Shown piece by piece: positions 48,001-63,000 of a DNA stretch of 64,000 bases. The stretch is from Lingula anatina (Eukaryota > Animalia > Brachiopoda). Location: contig JBPQGU010000016.1 of NCBI GenBank assembly GCA_051362555.1, positions 4,526,001 to 4,590,000 on the forward strand, written 5' to 3'. A program made the position numbers and the translations under genes. Within the stretch, counting starts at the first letter, position 1. Every line of letters starts with the position of its first letter. A model generated the notes under the pieces. That model saw only the letters and a program-made list of their open reading frames with translations, made no database searches and was not told where the DNA came from.

Positions 48001-51000
48001 TTAAAGATGATCCAAAAATAAGCTCTGAGAACAGAATCTGAGAGGGGGGGGGGGAGACAGAGTTTTTGCTCTATTTCTTCCTTAATGTTGACACCACCAC
48101 TCTTCCAGCACTTTATTCTTACTACAAATGACCGAACACACCTACCTGACACTATAATGAAGAAAAAAAATTTTCATCCCTACCTGGCCAAAATTGAAGA
48201 ACTCTCACAGTGCCGGCACTGTTCAAAATCACTCAAAATCACCAAAAATTGACCCGTCTCTGATTTTTCCAAAAAGTGACGAAAATCAATCTACCACACC
48301 TGTCATTCATAAAAAATGTGGAAACGCGCCCGGGTCACTTCATCAAGGCCCCCAATTCTAGCTTTAAAGATGATCCAAAAATAAGCTCTGAGAACAGAAT
48401 CTGAGAGGGGGGGGGGGGGAGACAGAGTTTTTGCTCTATTTCTTCCTTAATGTTAACACCACCACTCATCCAGCACTTTATTCTTACTACAAATGACCGA
48501 ACACACCTACCTGACACTATAATGAAGAAAAAAAATTTTCATCCCTACCTGGTCAAAATTGAAGAAATCTCACAGTGCCGGCACTGTTCAAAATCACTCA
48601 AAATCACCAAAAATCGACCCGTGTCCGATTTTTCCAAAAAGTGACGAAAATCAATCTACCACACCTGTCATTCATAAAAAATGTGGAAACGCGCCCGGGT
48701 CACTTCATCAAGGCCCCCAATTCTAGCTTTAAAGATGATCCAAAAATAAGCTCTGAGAACAGAATCTGAGAGGGGGGGGAGGGAGACAGAGTTTTTACTC
48801 TATTTCTTCCTTAATGTTGACACCACCACTCTTCCAGCACTTTATTTTTACTACAAATGACCGAACACACCTACCTGACACTATAATGAAGAAAAAAAAT
48901 TTTCATCCCTACCTGGCCAAAATTGAAGAACTCTCACAGTGCCGGCACTGTTCAAAATCACTCAAAATCACCAAAAATCGACCCGTCTCCGATTTTTCTA
49001 AAAAGTGACGAAAATCAATCTACCACACCTGTCATTCATAAAAAATGTGGAAACGCGCCCGGGTCACTTCATCAAGGCCCCCAATTCTAGCTTTAAAGAT
49101 GATCCAAAAATAAGCTCTGAGAACAGAATCTGAGAGGGGGGGGGGGGAGACAGAGTTTTTGCTCTATTTCTTCCTTAATGTTGACACCACCACTCTTCCA
49201 GCACTTTATTCTTACTACAAATGACCGAACACACCTACCTGACACTATAATGAAGAAAAAAAATTTTCATCCCTACCTGGCCAAAATTGAAGAAACCTCA
49301 CAGTGCCGGCACTGTTCAAAATCACTCAAAATCACCAAAAATCGACCCGTCTCCATTTTTCCAAAAAGTGACGAAAATCAATCTACCACACCTGTCATTC
49401 ATAAAAAATGTGGAAACGCGCCCGGGTCACTTCATCAAGGCCCCCAATTCTAGCTTTAAAGATGATCCAAAAATAAGCTCTAAGAACAGAATCTGAGAGG
49501 GGGGGGGAGACAGAGTTTTTGCTCTATTTCTTCCTTAATGTTGACACCACCACTCTTCCAGCACTTTATTCTTACTACAAATGACCGAACACACCTACCT
49601 GACACTATAATGAAGAAAAAAAATTTTCATCCCTACCTGGCCAAAATTGAAGAAATCTCACAGTGCCGGCACTGTTCAAAATCACCAAAAATCGACCCGT
49701 CTCCGATTTTTCCAAAAAGTGACGAAAATCAATCTACCACACCTGTCATTCATAAAAAATGTGGAAACGCGCCCGGGTCACTTCATCAAAGCCCCCAATT
49801 CTAGCTTTAAAGATGATCCAAAAATAAGCTCTGAGAACAGAATCTGAGAGGGGGGGGAGGGAGACAGAGTTTTTACTCTATTTCTTCCTTAATGTTGACA
49901 CCACCACTCTTCCAGCACTTTATTTTTACTACAAATGACCGAACACACCTACCTGACACTATAATGAAGAAAAAAAATTTTCATCCCTACCTGGCCAAAA
50001 TTGAAGAACTCTCACAGTGCCGGCACTGTTCAAAATCACTCAAAATCACCAAAAATCGACCCGTCTCCGATTTTTCTAAAAAGTGACGAAAATCAATCTA
50101 CCACACCTGTCATTCATAAAAAATGTGGAAACGCGCCCGGGTCACTTCATCAAGGCCCCCAATTCTAGCTTTAAAGATGATCCAAAAATAAGCTCTGAGA
50201 ACAGAATCTGAGAGGGGGGGGGGGGGGGGGAGACAGAGTTTTTGCTCTATTTCTTCCTTAATGTTGACACCACCACTCTTCCAGCACTTTATTCTTACTA
50301 CAAATGACCGAACACACCTACCTGACACTATAATGAAGAAAAAAATTTTTCATCCCTACCTGGCCAAAATTGAAGAAACCTCACAGTGCCGGCACTGTTC
50401 AAAATCACTCAAAATCACCAAAAATCGACCCGTCTCCGATTTTTCTAAAAAGTGACGAAAATCAATCTACCACACCTGTCATTCATAAAAAATGTGGAAA
50501 CGCGCCCGGGTCACTTCATCAAGGCCCCCAATTCTAGCTTTAAAGATGATCCAAAAATAAGCTCTGAGAACAGAATCTGAGAGGGGGGGGGGGGGGGGGA
50601 GACAGAGTTTTTGCTCTATTTCTTCCTTAATGTTGACACCACCACTCTTCCAGCACTTTATTCTTACTACAAATGACCGAACACACCTACCTGACACTAT
50701 AATGAAGAAAAAAATTTTTCATCCCTACCTGGCCAAAATTGAAGAAACCTCACAGTGCCGGCACTGTTCAAAATCACTCAAAATCACCAAAAATCGACAC
50801 GTCTCCATTTTTCCAAAAAGTGACGAAAATCAATCTACCACACCTGTCATTCATAAAAAATGTGGAAACGCGCCCGGGTCACTTCATCAAGGCCCCCAAT
50901 TCTAGCTTTAAAGATGATCCAAAAATAAGCTCTGAGAACAGAATCTGAGAGGGGGGGGGGAGACAGAGTTTTTGCTCTATTTCTTCCTTAATGTTGACAC

Positions 51001-54000
51001 CACCACTCTTCCAGCACTTTATTCTTACTACAAATGACCGAACACACCTACCTGACACTATAATGAAGAAAAAAAATTTTCATCCCTACCTGGCCAAAAT
51101 TGAAGAAATCTCACAGTGCCGGCACTGTTCAAAATCACCAAAAATCGACCCGTCTCCGATTTTTCCAAAAAGTGACGAAAATCAATCTACCACACCTGTC
51201 ATTCATAAAAAATGTGGAAACGCGCCCGGGTCACTTCATCAAAGCCCCCAATTCTAGCTTTAAAGATGATCCAAAAATAAGCTCTGAGAACAGAATCTGA
51301 GAGGGGGGGGGGGGGAGACAGAGTTTTTGCTCTATTTCTTCCTTAACGTTGACACCACCACTCTTCCAGCACTTTATTCTTACTACAAATGACCGAACAC
51401 ACCTACCTGACACTATAATGAAGAAAAAAAATTTTCATCCCTACCTGGCCAAAATTGAAGAACTCTCACAGTGCTGGCACTGTTCAAAATCACTCAAAAT
51501 CACCAAAAATCGACCCGTCTCCGATTTTTCCAAAAAGTGACGAAAATCAATCTACCACACCTGTCATTCATAAAAAATGTGGAAACGCGCCAGGGTCACT
51601 TCATCAAGGCCCCCAATTCTAGCTTTAAAGATGATCCAAAAATAAGCTCTGAGAACAGAATCTGAGAGGGGGGGGGAGACAGAGTTTTTGCTCTATTTCT
51701 TCCTTAATGTTGACACCACCACTCTTCAAGTACATTATTCTTACTACAAATGACCGAACACACCTACCTGACACTATAATGAAGAAAAAAAATTTTCATC
51801 CCTACCTGGCCAAAATTGAAGAAATCTCACAGTGCCGGCACTGTTCAAAATCACTCAAAATCACCAAAATTCGACCCGTCTCCGATTTTTCCAAAAAGTG
51901 ACGAAAATCAATCTACCACACCTGTCATTCATAAAAAATGTGGAAACGCGCCCGGGTCACTTCATCAAGGCCCCCAATTCTAGCTTTAAAGATGATCCAA
52001 AAATAAGCTCTGAGAACAGAATCTGAGAGGGGGGGGGGGGAGACAGAGTTTTATCTCTATTTCTTCCTTAATGTTGACACCACCACTCTTCCAGCACTTT
52101 ATTCTTACTACAAATGACCGAACACACCTACCTGACACTATAATGAAGAAAAAAAATTTTCATCCCTACCTGGCCAAAATTGAAGAAATCTCACAGTGCC
52201 GGCACTGTTCAAAATCACTCAAAATCACCAAAAATCGACCCGTCTCCGATTTTTCCAAAAAGTGACGAAAATCAATCTACCACACCTGTCATTCATAAAA
52301 AATGTGGAAACGCGCCAGGGTCACTTCATCAAGGCCCCCAATTCTAGCTTTAAAGATGATCCAAAAATAAGCTCTGAGAACAGAATCTGAGAGGGGGGGG
52401 GGAGACAGAGTTTTTGCTCTATTTCTTCCTTAATGTTGACACCACCACTCTTCAAGTACATTATTCTTACTACAAATGACCGAACACACCTACCTGACAC
52501 TATAATGAAGAAAAAAAATTTTCATCCCTACCTGGCCAAAATTGAAGAAATCTCACAGTGCCGGCACTGTTCAAAATCACTCAAAATCACCAAAATTCGA
52601 CCCGTCTCCGATTTTTCCAAAAAGTGACGAAAATCAATCTACCACACCTTTCATTCATAAAAAATGTGGAAACGCGCCCGGGTCACATCATCAAGGCCCC
52701 TAATTCTAGCTTTAAAGATGATCCAAAAAGCTCTGAGAACAGAATCTGAGAGGGGGGGGGAGACAGAGTTTTTGCTCTATTTCTTCCTTAATGTTGACAC
52801 CACCACTCTTCCAGCACTTTATTCTTACTACAAATGACCGAACACACCTACCTGACACTATAATGAAGAAAAAAAATTTTCATCCCTACCTGGCCAAAAT
52901 TGAAGAACTCTCACAGTGCTGGCACTGTTCAAAATCACTCAAAATCACCAAAAATCGACCCGTCTCCGATTTTTCCAAAAAGTGACGAAAATCAATCTAC
53001 CACACCTGTCATTCATAAAAAATGTGGAAACGCGCCAGGGTCACTTCATCAAGGCCCCCAATTCTAGCTTTAAAGATGATCCAAAAATAAGCTCTGAGAA
53101 CAGAATCTGAGAGGGGGGGGAGACAGAGTTTTTGCTCTATTTCTTCCTTAATGTTGACACCACCACTCTTCAAGTACATTATTCTTACTACAAATGACCG
53201 AACACACCTACCTGACACTATAATGAAGAAAAAAAATTTTCATCCCTACCTGGCCAAAATTGAAGAAATCTCACAGTGCCGGCACTGTTCAAAATCACTC
53301 AAAATCACCAAAATTCGACCCGTCTCCGATTTTTCCAAAAAGTGACGAAAATCAATCTACCACACCTGTCATTCATAAAAAATGTGGAAACGCGCCCGGG
53401 TCACTTCATCAAGGCCCCCAATTCTAGCTTTAAAGATGATCCAAAAATAAGCTCTGAGAACAGAATCTGAGAGGGGGGGGGGGAGACAGAGTTTTATCTC
53501 TATTTCTTCCTTAATGTTGACACCACCACTCTTCCAGCACTTTATTCTTACTACAAATGACCGAACACACCTACCTGACACTATAATGAAGAAAAAAATT
53601 TTCATCCCTACCTGGCCAAAATTGAAGAAATCTCACAGTGCCGGCACTGTTCAAAATCACTCAAAATCACCAAAAATCGACCTGTCTCCGATTTTTCCAA
53701 AAAGTGACGAAAATCAATCTACCACACCTGTCATTCATAAAAAATGTGGAAACGCGCCAGGGTCACTTCATCAAGGCCCCCAATTCTAGCTTTAAAGATG
53801 ATCCAAAAATAAGCTCTGAGAACAGAATCTGAGAGGGGGGGGGGAGACAGAGTTTTTGCTCTATTTCTTCCTTAATGTTGACACCACCACTCTTCAAGTA
53901 CATTATTCTTACTACAAATGACCGAACACACCTACCTGACACTATAATGAAGAAAAAAAATTTTCATCCCTACCTGGCCAAAATTGAAGAAATCTCACAG

Positions 54001-57000
54001 TGCCGGCACTGTTCAAAATCACTCAAAATCACCAAAATTCGACCCGTCTCCGATTTTTCCAAAAAGTGACGAAAATCAATCTACCACACCTTTCATTCAT
54101 AAAAAATGTGGAAACGCGCCCGGGTCACATCATCAAGGCCCCTAATTCTAGCTTTAAAGATGATCCAAAAAGCTCTGAGAACAGAATCTGAGAGGGGGGG
54201 GGAGACAGAGTTTTTGCTCTATTTCTTCCTTAACGTTGACACCACCACTCTTCCAGCACTTTATTCTTACTACAAATGACCGAACACACCTACCTGACAC
54301 TATAATGAAGAAAAAAAATTTTCATCCCTACCTGGCCAAAATTGAAGAACTCTCACAGTGCTGGCACTGTTCAAAATCACTCAAAATCACCAAAAATCGA
54401 CCCGTCTCCGATTTTTCCAAAAAGTGACGAAAATCAATCTACCACACCTGTCATTCATAAAAAATGTGGAAACGCGCCCGGGTCACTTCATCAAGGCCCC
54501 CAATTCTAGCTTTAAAGATGATCCAAAAATAAGCTCTGAGAACAGAATCTGAGAGGGGGGGGGGGAGACAGAGTTTTTGCTCTATTTTTTCCTTAATGTG
54601 GACACCACCACTCTTCCAGCACTTTATTCTTACTACAAATGACCGAACATACCTACCTGACACTATAATGAAGAAAAAAAATTTTCATCCCTACCTGGCC
54701 AAAATTGAAGAAATCTCACAGTGCCGGCACTGTTCAAAATCACCAAAAATCGACCCGTGTCCGATTTTTCCAAAAAGTGACGAAAATCAATCTACCACAC
54801 CTGTCATTCATAAAAAATGTGGAAACGCGCCCGGGTCACTTCATCAAGGCCCCCAATTCTAGCTTTAAAGATGATCCAAAAATAAGCTCTGAGAACAGAA
54901 TCTGAGAGGGGGGGGGGGGAGACAGAGTTTTATCTCTATTTCTTCCTTAATGTTGACACCACCACTCTTCCAGCACTTTATTCTTACTACAAATTACCGA
55001 ACACACCTACCTGACACTATAATGAAGAAAAAAAATTTTCATCCCTACCTGGCCAAAATTGAAGAAATCTCACAGTGCCGGCACTGTTCAAAATCACTCA
55101 AAATCACCAAAAATTGACCCGTCTCCGATTTTTCCAAAAAGTGACGAAAATCAATCTACCACACCTGTCATTCATAAAAAATGTGGAAACGCGCCAGGGT
55201 CACTTCATCAAGGCCCCCAATTCTAGCTTTAAAGATGATCCAAAAATAAGCTCTGAGAACAGAATCTGAGAGGGGGGGGGAGACAGAGTTTTTGCTCTAT
55301 TTCTTCCTTAATGTTGACACCACCACTCTTCAAGCACATTATTCTTACTACAAATGACCGAACACACCTACCTGACACTATAATGAAGAAAAAAAATTTT
55401 CATCCCTACCTGGCCAAAATTGAAGAAATCTCACAGTGCCGGCACTGTTCAAAATCACTCAAAATCACCAAAAATCGACCCGTCTCCGATTTTTCCAAAA
55501 AATTGACGAAAATCAATCTACCACACCTGTCATTCATAAAAAATGTGGAAACGCGCCCGGGTCACTTCATCAAAGCCCCCAATTCTAGCTTTAAAGATGA
55601 TCCAAAAATAAGCTCTGAGAACAGAATCTGAGAGGGGGGGGGGGGAAGATAGAGTTTTTGCTCTATTTCTTCCTTAATGTTGACACCACCACTCTTCCAG
55701 CACTTTATTCTAACTACAAATGACCGAACACACCTACCTGACACTATAATGAAGAAAAAAAATTTTCATCCCTACCTGGCCAAAATTGAAGAAATCTCAC
55801 AGTGCCGGCACTGTTCAAAATCACTCAAAATCACCAAAATTCGACCCGTCTCCGATTTTTCCAAAAAGTGACGAAAATCAATCTACCACACCTGTCATTC
55901 ATAAAAAATGTGGAAACGCGCCCGGGTCACATCATCAAGGCCCCTAATTCTAGCTTTAAAGATGATCCAAAAAGCTCTGAGAACAGAATCTGAGAGGGGG
56001 GGGGGAGACAGAGTTTTTGCTCTATTTCTTCCTTAATGTTGACACCACCACTCTTCCAGCACTTTATTCTTACTACAAATGACCGAACACACCTACCTGA
56101 CACTATAATGAAGAAAAAAATTTTCATCCCTACCTGGCCAAATTTGAAGAAGTCTCACAGTGCCGGCACTGTTCAAAATCACTCAAAATCACCTAAAATT
56201 GACCCGTCTCCGATTTTTCCAAAAAGTGACGAAAATAAATCTACCACACCTGTCATTCATAAAAAATGTGGAAACGCGCCCGGGTCACTTCATCAAGGCC
56301 CCCAATTCTAGCTTTAAAGATGATCCAAAAATAAGCTCTGAGAACAGAATCTGAGAGGGGGGGGAGACAGAGTTTTTGCTCTATTTCTTCCTTAATGTTG
56401 ACACCACCTCTCTTCCAGCACTTTATTCTTACTACAAATGACCGAACACACCTACCTGACACTATAATGAAGAAAAAAAATTTTCATCCCTACCTGGCCA
56501 AAATTGAAGAAATCTCACAGTGCCGGCACTGTTCAAAATCACTCAAAATCACCAAAAATCGACCCGTCTCCGATTTTTCCAAAAAGTGACGAAAATCAAT
56601 CTACCACACCTGTCATTCATAAAAAATGTGGAAACGCGCCTGGGTCACTTCATCAAGGCCCCCAATTCTAGCTTTAAACATGATCCAAAAATAAGCTCTG
56701 AAAACAGAATCTGAGAGGGGGGGGGGGGGAGACAGAGTTTTTACTCTATTTCTTCCTTAATGTTGACACCACCACTCTTCCAGCACTTTATTCTTACTAC
56801 AAATGACCGAACACACCTACCTGACACTATAATGAAGAAAAAAAATTTTCATCCCTACCTGGCCAAAATTGAAGAAATCTCACAGTGCCGGCACTGTTCA
56901 AAATCACTCAAAATCACCAAAAATCGACCCGTCTCCGATTTTTCCAAAAAGTGACGAAAATCAATCTACCACACCCGTCATTCATAAAAAATGTGGAAAC

Positions 57001-60000
57001 GCGCCCGGGTCACTTCATCAAGGCCCCCAATTCTAGCTTTAAAGATGATCCAAAAATAAGCTCTGAGAACAGAATCTGAGAGGGGGGGGGAGACAGAGTT
57101 TTTGCTCTATTTCTTCCTTAATGTTGACACCACCACTCTTCCAGCACTTTATTCTTACTACAAATGACCGAACACACCTACCTGACACTATAATGAAGAA
57201 AAAAAATTTTCATCCCTACCTGGCCAAAATTGAAGAAATCTCACAGTGCCGGCACTGTTCAAAATCACTCAAAATCACCAAAAATCGACCCGTCTCCGAT
57301 TTTTCCAAAAAGTGACGAAAATCAATCTACCACACCTGTCATTCATAAAAAATGAGGAAACGCGCCCGGGTCACTTCATCAAGGCCCCCAATTCTAGCTT
57401 TAAAGATGATCCAAAAATAAGCTCTGAGAACAGAATCTGAGAGGGGGGGGGGGAGACAGAGTTTTTGCTCTATTTCTTCCTTAATGTTGACACCAGCACT
57501 CTTCCAGCACTTTATTCTTACTTCAAATGACCGAACACACCTACCTGACACTATAATGAAGAAAAAAAATTTTCATCCCTACCTGGCCAAAATTGAAGAA
57601 ATCTCACAGTGCCGGCACTGTTCAAAATCACTCAAAATCACCAAAAATCGACCCGTCTCCGATTTTTCCAAAAAGTGACGAAAATCAATCTACCACACCT
57701 GTCATTCATAAAAAATGTGGAAACGCGCCCGGGTCACTTCATCAAGGCCCCCAATTCTAGCTTTAAAGATGATCCAAAAATAAGCTCTGAGAACAGAATC
57801 TGAGAGGGGGGGGGGAGACAGAGTTTTTGCTCTATTTCTTCCTTAATGTTGACACCAGCACTCTTCCAGTACTTTATTCTTACTACAAATGACCGAACAC
57901 ACCTACCTGACACTATAATGAAGAAAAAAAATTTTCATCCCTACCTGGCCAAAATTGAAGAAATCTCACAGTGCCGGCACTGTTCAAAATCACTCAAAAT
58001 CACCAAAAATCGACCCGTCTCCGATTTTTCCAAAAAGTGACGAAAATCAATCTACCACACCTGTCATTCATAAAAAATGTGGAAACGCGCCCGGGTCACT
58101 TCATCAAGGCCCCCAATTCTAGCTTTAAAGATGATCCAAAAATAAGCTCTGAGAACAGAATCTGAGAGGGGGGGGGGGGGAGACAGAGTTTTTGCTCTAT
58201 TTCTTCCTTAATGTTGACACCACCACTCTTCCAGCACTTTATTCTTACTACAAATGACCGAACACACCTACCTGACACTATAATGAAGAAAAAAAATTTT
58301 CATCCCTACCTGGCCAAAATTGAAGAAATCTCACAGTGCCGGCACTGTTCAAAATCACTCAAAATCACCAAAAATCGACCCGTCTCCGATTTTTCCAAAA
58401 AGTGACGAAAATCAATCTACCACACCTATCATTCATAAAAAATGTGGAAACGCGCCCGGGTCACTTCATCAAGGCCCCCAATTCTAGCTTTAAAGATGAT
58501 CCAAAAATAAGCTCTGAGAACAGAATCTGAGAGGGGGGGGGAGACAGAGTTTTTGCTCTATTTCTTCCTTAATGTTGACACCACCACTCTTCCAGCACTT
58601 TATTCTTACTACAAATGACCGAACACACCAATCTGACACTATAATGAAGAAAAAAAATTTTCATCCCTACCTGGCCAAAATTGAAGAAATCTCACAGTGC
58701 CGGCACTGTTCAAAATCACTCAAAATCACCAAAAATCGACCCGTCTCCGATTTTTCCAAAAAGTGACGAAAATCAATCTACCACACCTGTCATTCATAAA
58801 AAATGTGGAAACGCGCCCGGGTCACTTCATCAAGGCCCCCAATTCTAGCTTCAAAGATGATCCAAAAATAAGCTCTGAGAACAGAATCTGAGGGGGGGGG
58901 GGGGGGGAGACAGAGTTTTTGCTCTATTTCTTCCTTAATGTTGACACCACCACTCTTCCAGCACTTTATTCTTACTACAAATGACCGAACACACCTACCT
59001 GACATTATAATGAAGAAAAAAAATTTTCATCCCTACCTGGCCAAAATTGAAGAAATCTCACAGTGCCGGCACTGTTCAAAATCACTCAAAATCACCAAAA
59101 ATCGACCCGTCTCCGATTTTTCCAAAAAGTGACGAAAATCAATCTACCACACCTGTCATTCATAAAAAATGTGGAAACGCGCCCGGGTCACTTCATCAAG
59201 GCCCCCAATTCTAGCTTTAAAGATGATCCAAAAATAAGCTCTGAGAACAGAATCTGAGAGGGGGGGGGGAGACAGAGTTTTTGCTCTATTTCTTCCTTAA
59301 TGTTGACACCACCACTCTTCCAGCACTTTATTCTTACTACAAATGACCGAACACACCTACCTGACACTATAATGAAGAAAAAAAATTTTCATCCCTACCT
59401 GGCCAAAATTGAAGAAATCTCACAGTGCCGGCACTGTTCAAAATCACTCAAAATCACCAAAAATCGACCCGTCTCCGATTTTTCCAAAAAGTGACGAAAA
59501 TCAATCTACCACACCTGTCATTCATAAAAAATGTGGAAACGCGCCCGGGTCACTTCATCAAGGCCCCCAATTCTAGCTTTAAAGATGTTCCAAAAATAAG
59601 CTCCGAGAACAGAATCTGAGAGGGGGGGGGGGAGACAGAGTTTTTGCTCTATTTCTTCCTTAATGTTGACACCACCACTCTTCCAGCACTTTATTCTTTC
59701 TACAAATGACCGAACACACCTACCTGACACTATAATGAAGAAAAAAAATTTTCATCCCTACCTGGCCAAAATTGAAGAAATCTCACAGTGCCGGCACTGT
59801 TCAAAATCACTCAAAATCACCAAAAATCGACCCGTCTCCGATTTTTCCAAAAAGTGACGAAAATCAATCTACCACACCTGTCATTCATAAAAAATGTGGA
59901 AACGCGCCCGGGTCACTTCATCAAGGCCCCCAATTCTAGCTTTAAAGATGATCCAAAAATAAGCTCTGAGAACAGAATCTGAGAGGGGGGGGGGGAGACA

Positions 60001-63000
60001 GAGTTTTTGCTCTATTTCTTCCTTAATGTTGACACCACCACTCTCCCAGCACTTTATTCTTACTACAAATGACCGAACACACCTACCTGACACTATAATG
60101 AAGAAAAAAAATTTTCATCCCTACCTGGCCAAAATTGAAGAAATCTCACAGTGCCGGCACTGTTCAAAATCACTCAAAATCACCAAAAATCGACCCGTCT
60201 CCGATTTTTCCAAAAAGTGACGAAAATCAATCTACCACACCTGTCATTCATAAAAAATGTGGAAACGCGCCCGGGTCACTTCATCAAGGCCCCCAATTCT
60301 AGCTTTAAAGATGATCCAAAAATAAGCTCTGAGAACAGAATCTGAGAGGGGGGGGGGAGACAGAGTTTTTGCTCTATTTCTTCCTTAATGTTGACACCAC
60401 CACTCTTCCAGCACTTTATTCTTACTACAAATGACCGAACACACCTACCTGACACTATAATGAAGAAAAAAAATTTTCATCCCTACCTGGCCAAAATTGA
60501 AGAAATCTCACAGTGCCGGCACTGTTCAAAATCACTCAAAATCACCAAAAATCGACCCGTCTCCGATTTTTCCAAAAAGTGACGAAAATCAATCTACCAC
60601 ACCTGTCATTCATAAAAAATGTGGAAACGCGCCCGGGTCACTTCATCAAGGCCCCCAATTCTAGCTTTAAAGATGATACAAAAATAAGCTCTGAGAACAG
60701 AATCTGAGAGGGGGGGGGGAGACAGAGTTTTTGCTCTATTTCTTCCTTAATGTTGACACCACCACTCTTCCAGCACTTTATTCTTACTACAAATGACCGA
60801 ACACACCTACCTGACACTATAATGAAGAAAAAAAATTTTCATCCCTACCGGGCCAAAATTGAAAAAATCTCACAGTGCCAGCACTGTTCAAAATCACTCA
60901 AAATCACCAAAAATCGACCCGTCTCCGATTTTTCCAAAAAGTGACGAAAATCAATCTACCACACCTGTCATTCATAAAAAATGTGGAAACACGCCCGGGT
61001 CACTTCATCAAGGCCCCCAATTCTAGCTTTAAAGATGATCCAAAAATAAGCTCTGAGAACAGAATCTGAGAGGGGGTGGGGGGGAGACAGAGTTTTTGCT
61101 CTATTTCTTCCTTAATGTTGACACCACCACTCTTCCAGCACTTTATTCTTACTACAAATGACCGAACACACCTACCTGACACTATAATGAAGAAAAAAAA
61201 TTTTCATCCCTACCTGGCCAAAATTGAAGAAATCTCACAGTGCCGGCACTGTTCAAAATCACTCAAAATCACCAAAAATCGACCCGTCTCCGATTTTTCC
61301 AAAAAGTGACGAAAATCAATCTACCACACCTGTCATTCATAAAAAATGTGGAAACGCGCCCGGGTCACTTCATCAAGGCCCCCAATTCTAGCTTTAAAGA
61401 TGATCCAAAAATAAGCTCTGAGAACAGAATCTGAGAGGGGGGGGGGGGGGAGACAGAGTTTTTGCTCTATTTCTTCCTTAATGTTGACACCACCACTCTT
61501 CCAGCACTTTATTCTTACTACAAATGACCGAACACACCTACCTGACACTATAATGAAGAAAAAAAATTTTCATCCCTACCTGGCCAAAATTGAAGAAATC
61601 TCACAGTGCCGGCACTGTTCAAAATCACTCAAAATCACCAAAAATCGACCCGTCTCCGATTTTTCCAAAAAGTGACGAAAATCAATCTACCACACCTGTC
61701 ATTCATAAAAAATGTGGAAACGCGCCCGGGTCACTTCATCAAGGCCTCCAATTCTAGCTTTAAAGATGATCCAAAAATAAGCTCTGAGAACAGAATCTGA
61801 GAGGGGGGGGGGGGAGACAGAGTTTTTGCTCTATTTCTTCCTTAATGTTGACACCACCACTCTTCCAGCACTTTATTCTTACTACAAATGACCGAACACA
61901 CCTATCTGACACTATAATGAAGAAAAAAAATTTTCATCCCTACCTGGCCAAAATTGAAGAAATCTCACAGTGCCGGCACTGTTCAAAATCACTCAAAATC
62001 ACCAAAAATCGACCCGTCTCCGATTTTTCCAAAAAGTGACGAAAATCAATCTACCACACCTGTCATTCATAAAAAATGTGGAAACGCGCCCGGGTCACTT
62101 CATCAAGGCCCCCAATTCTAGCTTCAAAGATGATCCAAAAATAAGCTCTGAGAACAGAATGAGAGGGGGGGGGGGGAGACAGAGTTTTTGCTCTATTTCT
62201 TCCTTAATGTTGACACCACCACTCTTCCAGCACTTTATTCTTACTACAAATGACCGAACACACCTACCTGACATTATAATGAAGAAAAAAAATTTTCATC
62301 CCTACCTGGCCAAAATTGAAGAAATCTCACAGTGCCGGCACTGTTCAAAATCACTCAAAATCACCAAAAATCGACCCGTCTCCGATTTTTCCAAAAAATG
62401 ACGAAAATCAATCTACCACACCTGTCATTCATAAAAAATGTGGAAACGCGCCCGGGTCACTTCATCAAGGCCCCCAATTCTAGCTTTAAAGATGATATAA
62501 AAATAAGCTCTGAGAACAGAATCTGAGAGGGGGGGGGGAGACAGAGTTTTTGCTCTATTTCTTCCTTAATGTTGACACCACCACTCTTCCAGCACTTTAT
62601 TCTTACTACAAATGACCGAACAAACCTACCTGACACTATAATGAAGAAAAAAAATTTTTATCCCTACCTGGCCAAAATTGAAGAAATCTCACAGTGCCGG
62701 CACTGTTCAAAATCACTCAAAATCACCAAAAATCGACCTGTCTCCGATTTTTCCAAAAAGTGACGAAAATCAATCTACCACACCTGTCATTCATAAAAAA
62801 TGTGGAAACGCGCCCGGGTCACTTCATCAAGGCCCCCAATTCTAGCTTTAAAGATGATCCAAAAATAAGCTCTGAGAACAGAATCTGAGAGGGGGGGGGG
62901 GGGAGACAGAGTTTTTGCTCTATTTCTTCCTTAATGTTGACACCACCACTCTTCCAGCACTTTATTCTTACTACAAATGACCGAACACACCTACCTGACA

